Origin: an uncultured Gemmatimonadales bacterium
GTDB lineage: Bacteria > Gemmatimonadota > Gemmatimonadetes > Longimicrobiales > RSA9
Assembly (NCBI GenBank): GCA_963798085.1
Contig: CAWCRS010000003.1
Location: forward strand, 1 to 64,000
Direction of reading: 5' to 3'
DNA length: 64,000 nt
Position 1 is the stretch's first letter; every line of letters starts with the position of its first letter. Of this stretch, positions 63,580 to 64,000 are shown one piece after another. A program made the position numbers and the translations under genes. The notes under the pieces were generated by a model. The model ran no database searches. It was not told the origin of the DNA and saw only the letters and a program-made list of their open reading frames with translations.

Positions 63580-64000
63580 TCAGTCGGTGCGCAGGGCCAC
63601 ATTGGGATCCACGCGCGCCGCCCGCCACGCGGGCACGACGCCCGCCGCCACGGCAACGAGCAGCAGTGCCAGTGCGGCCGCGGCGAGGGTCAGCGGATCG
63701 CGCGGCAATGTCCGGTACAGCAGATCACGCAGCCGGGGTGCCAGCAGAAAGGCCGCCGCGAGACCCAGCAGCACACCAATGCCGGTCATGCGCAGGGAGC
63801 GCGCCAGCACCATGCCCAGCAGGTTGCCGCGGCGTGCGCCCAGCGCGCAACGCAGCCCCAGCTCGCGCGTGCGCTGGGCCACGTCGAAAGCCAGCACCGA
63901 ATACAGGCCCAGCGCGGCGACCAGCAACGCAAGCGCCCCGAACAGTGTGAACATCGTCGCCCCCAGTCTCCACGAGCGCGCGAAGAAATCCACGTTCGCC
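63580..64000 (-). CDS. ADOP/FtsX-type ABC permease, C-terminal part
   Basis: GLYSVLAFDVAQRTRELGLRCALGA, PAWRAARVDPNVALRTD. Confidence 0.85.
   Translation of the reverse strand, partial: ANVDFFARSWRLGATMFTLFGALALLVAALGLYSVLAFDVAQRTRELGLRCALGARRGNLLGMVLARSLRMTGIGVLLGLAAAFLLAPRLRDLLYRTLPRDPLTLAAAALALLLVAVAAGVVPAWRAARVDPNVALRTD

Overview
High-GC bacterial chromosomal window. Gene content (ADOP permeases, VPS10/BNR and choice-of-anchor B proteins, tricorn and S9 peptidases, Gly/Arg-rich linkers) suggests Gemmatimonadota or a similar lineage; this is inference. I call about 55 protein genes and see no rRNA, tRNA, CRISPR array, integrase or transposase. Many genes, including murB, carry single-base frameshifts best explained as long-read consensus errors. 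Most interesting items: (1) an exported TPR-CHAT caspase-like protease converging on an ECF sigma/transmembrane anti-sigma pair with a DVMR|S motif just outside the membrane, plus a divergent gene with an ECF-type promoter, a candidate protease-triggered envelope signalling system; (2) a GT4 glycosyltransferase/flippase/Zn-phospholipase C/PAP2/GH42-like cluster resembling a phospholipid-to-glycolipid remodelling module; (3) a LigD phosphoesterase fused to a ligase domain lacking its catalytic lysine; (4) a histidine kinase with degenerate ATP-binding boxes; (5) an H1-like/SWIB protein with a structured leader; (6) dispersed G-rich hexamer inverted-repeat elements and a 55-bp tandem repeat element with an orphan terminator. 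All calls come from motif recognition by eye; no searches were run.
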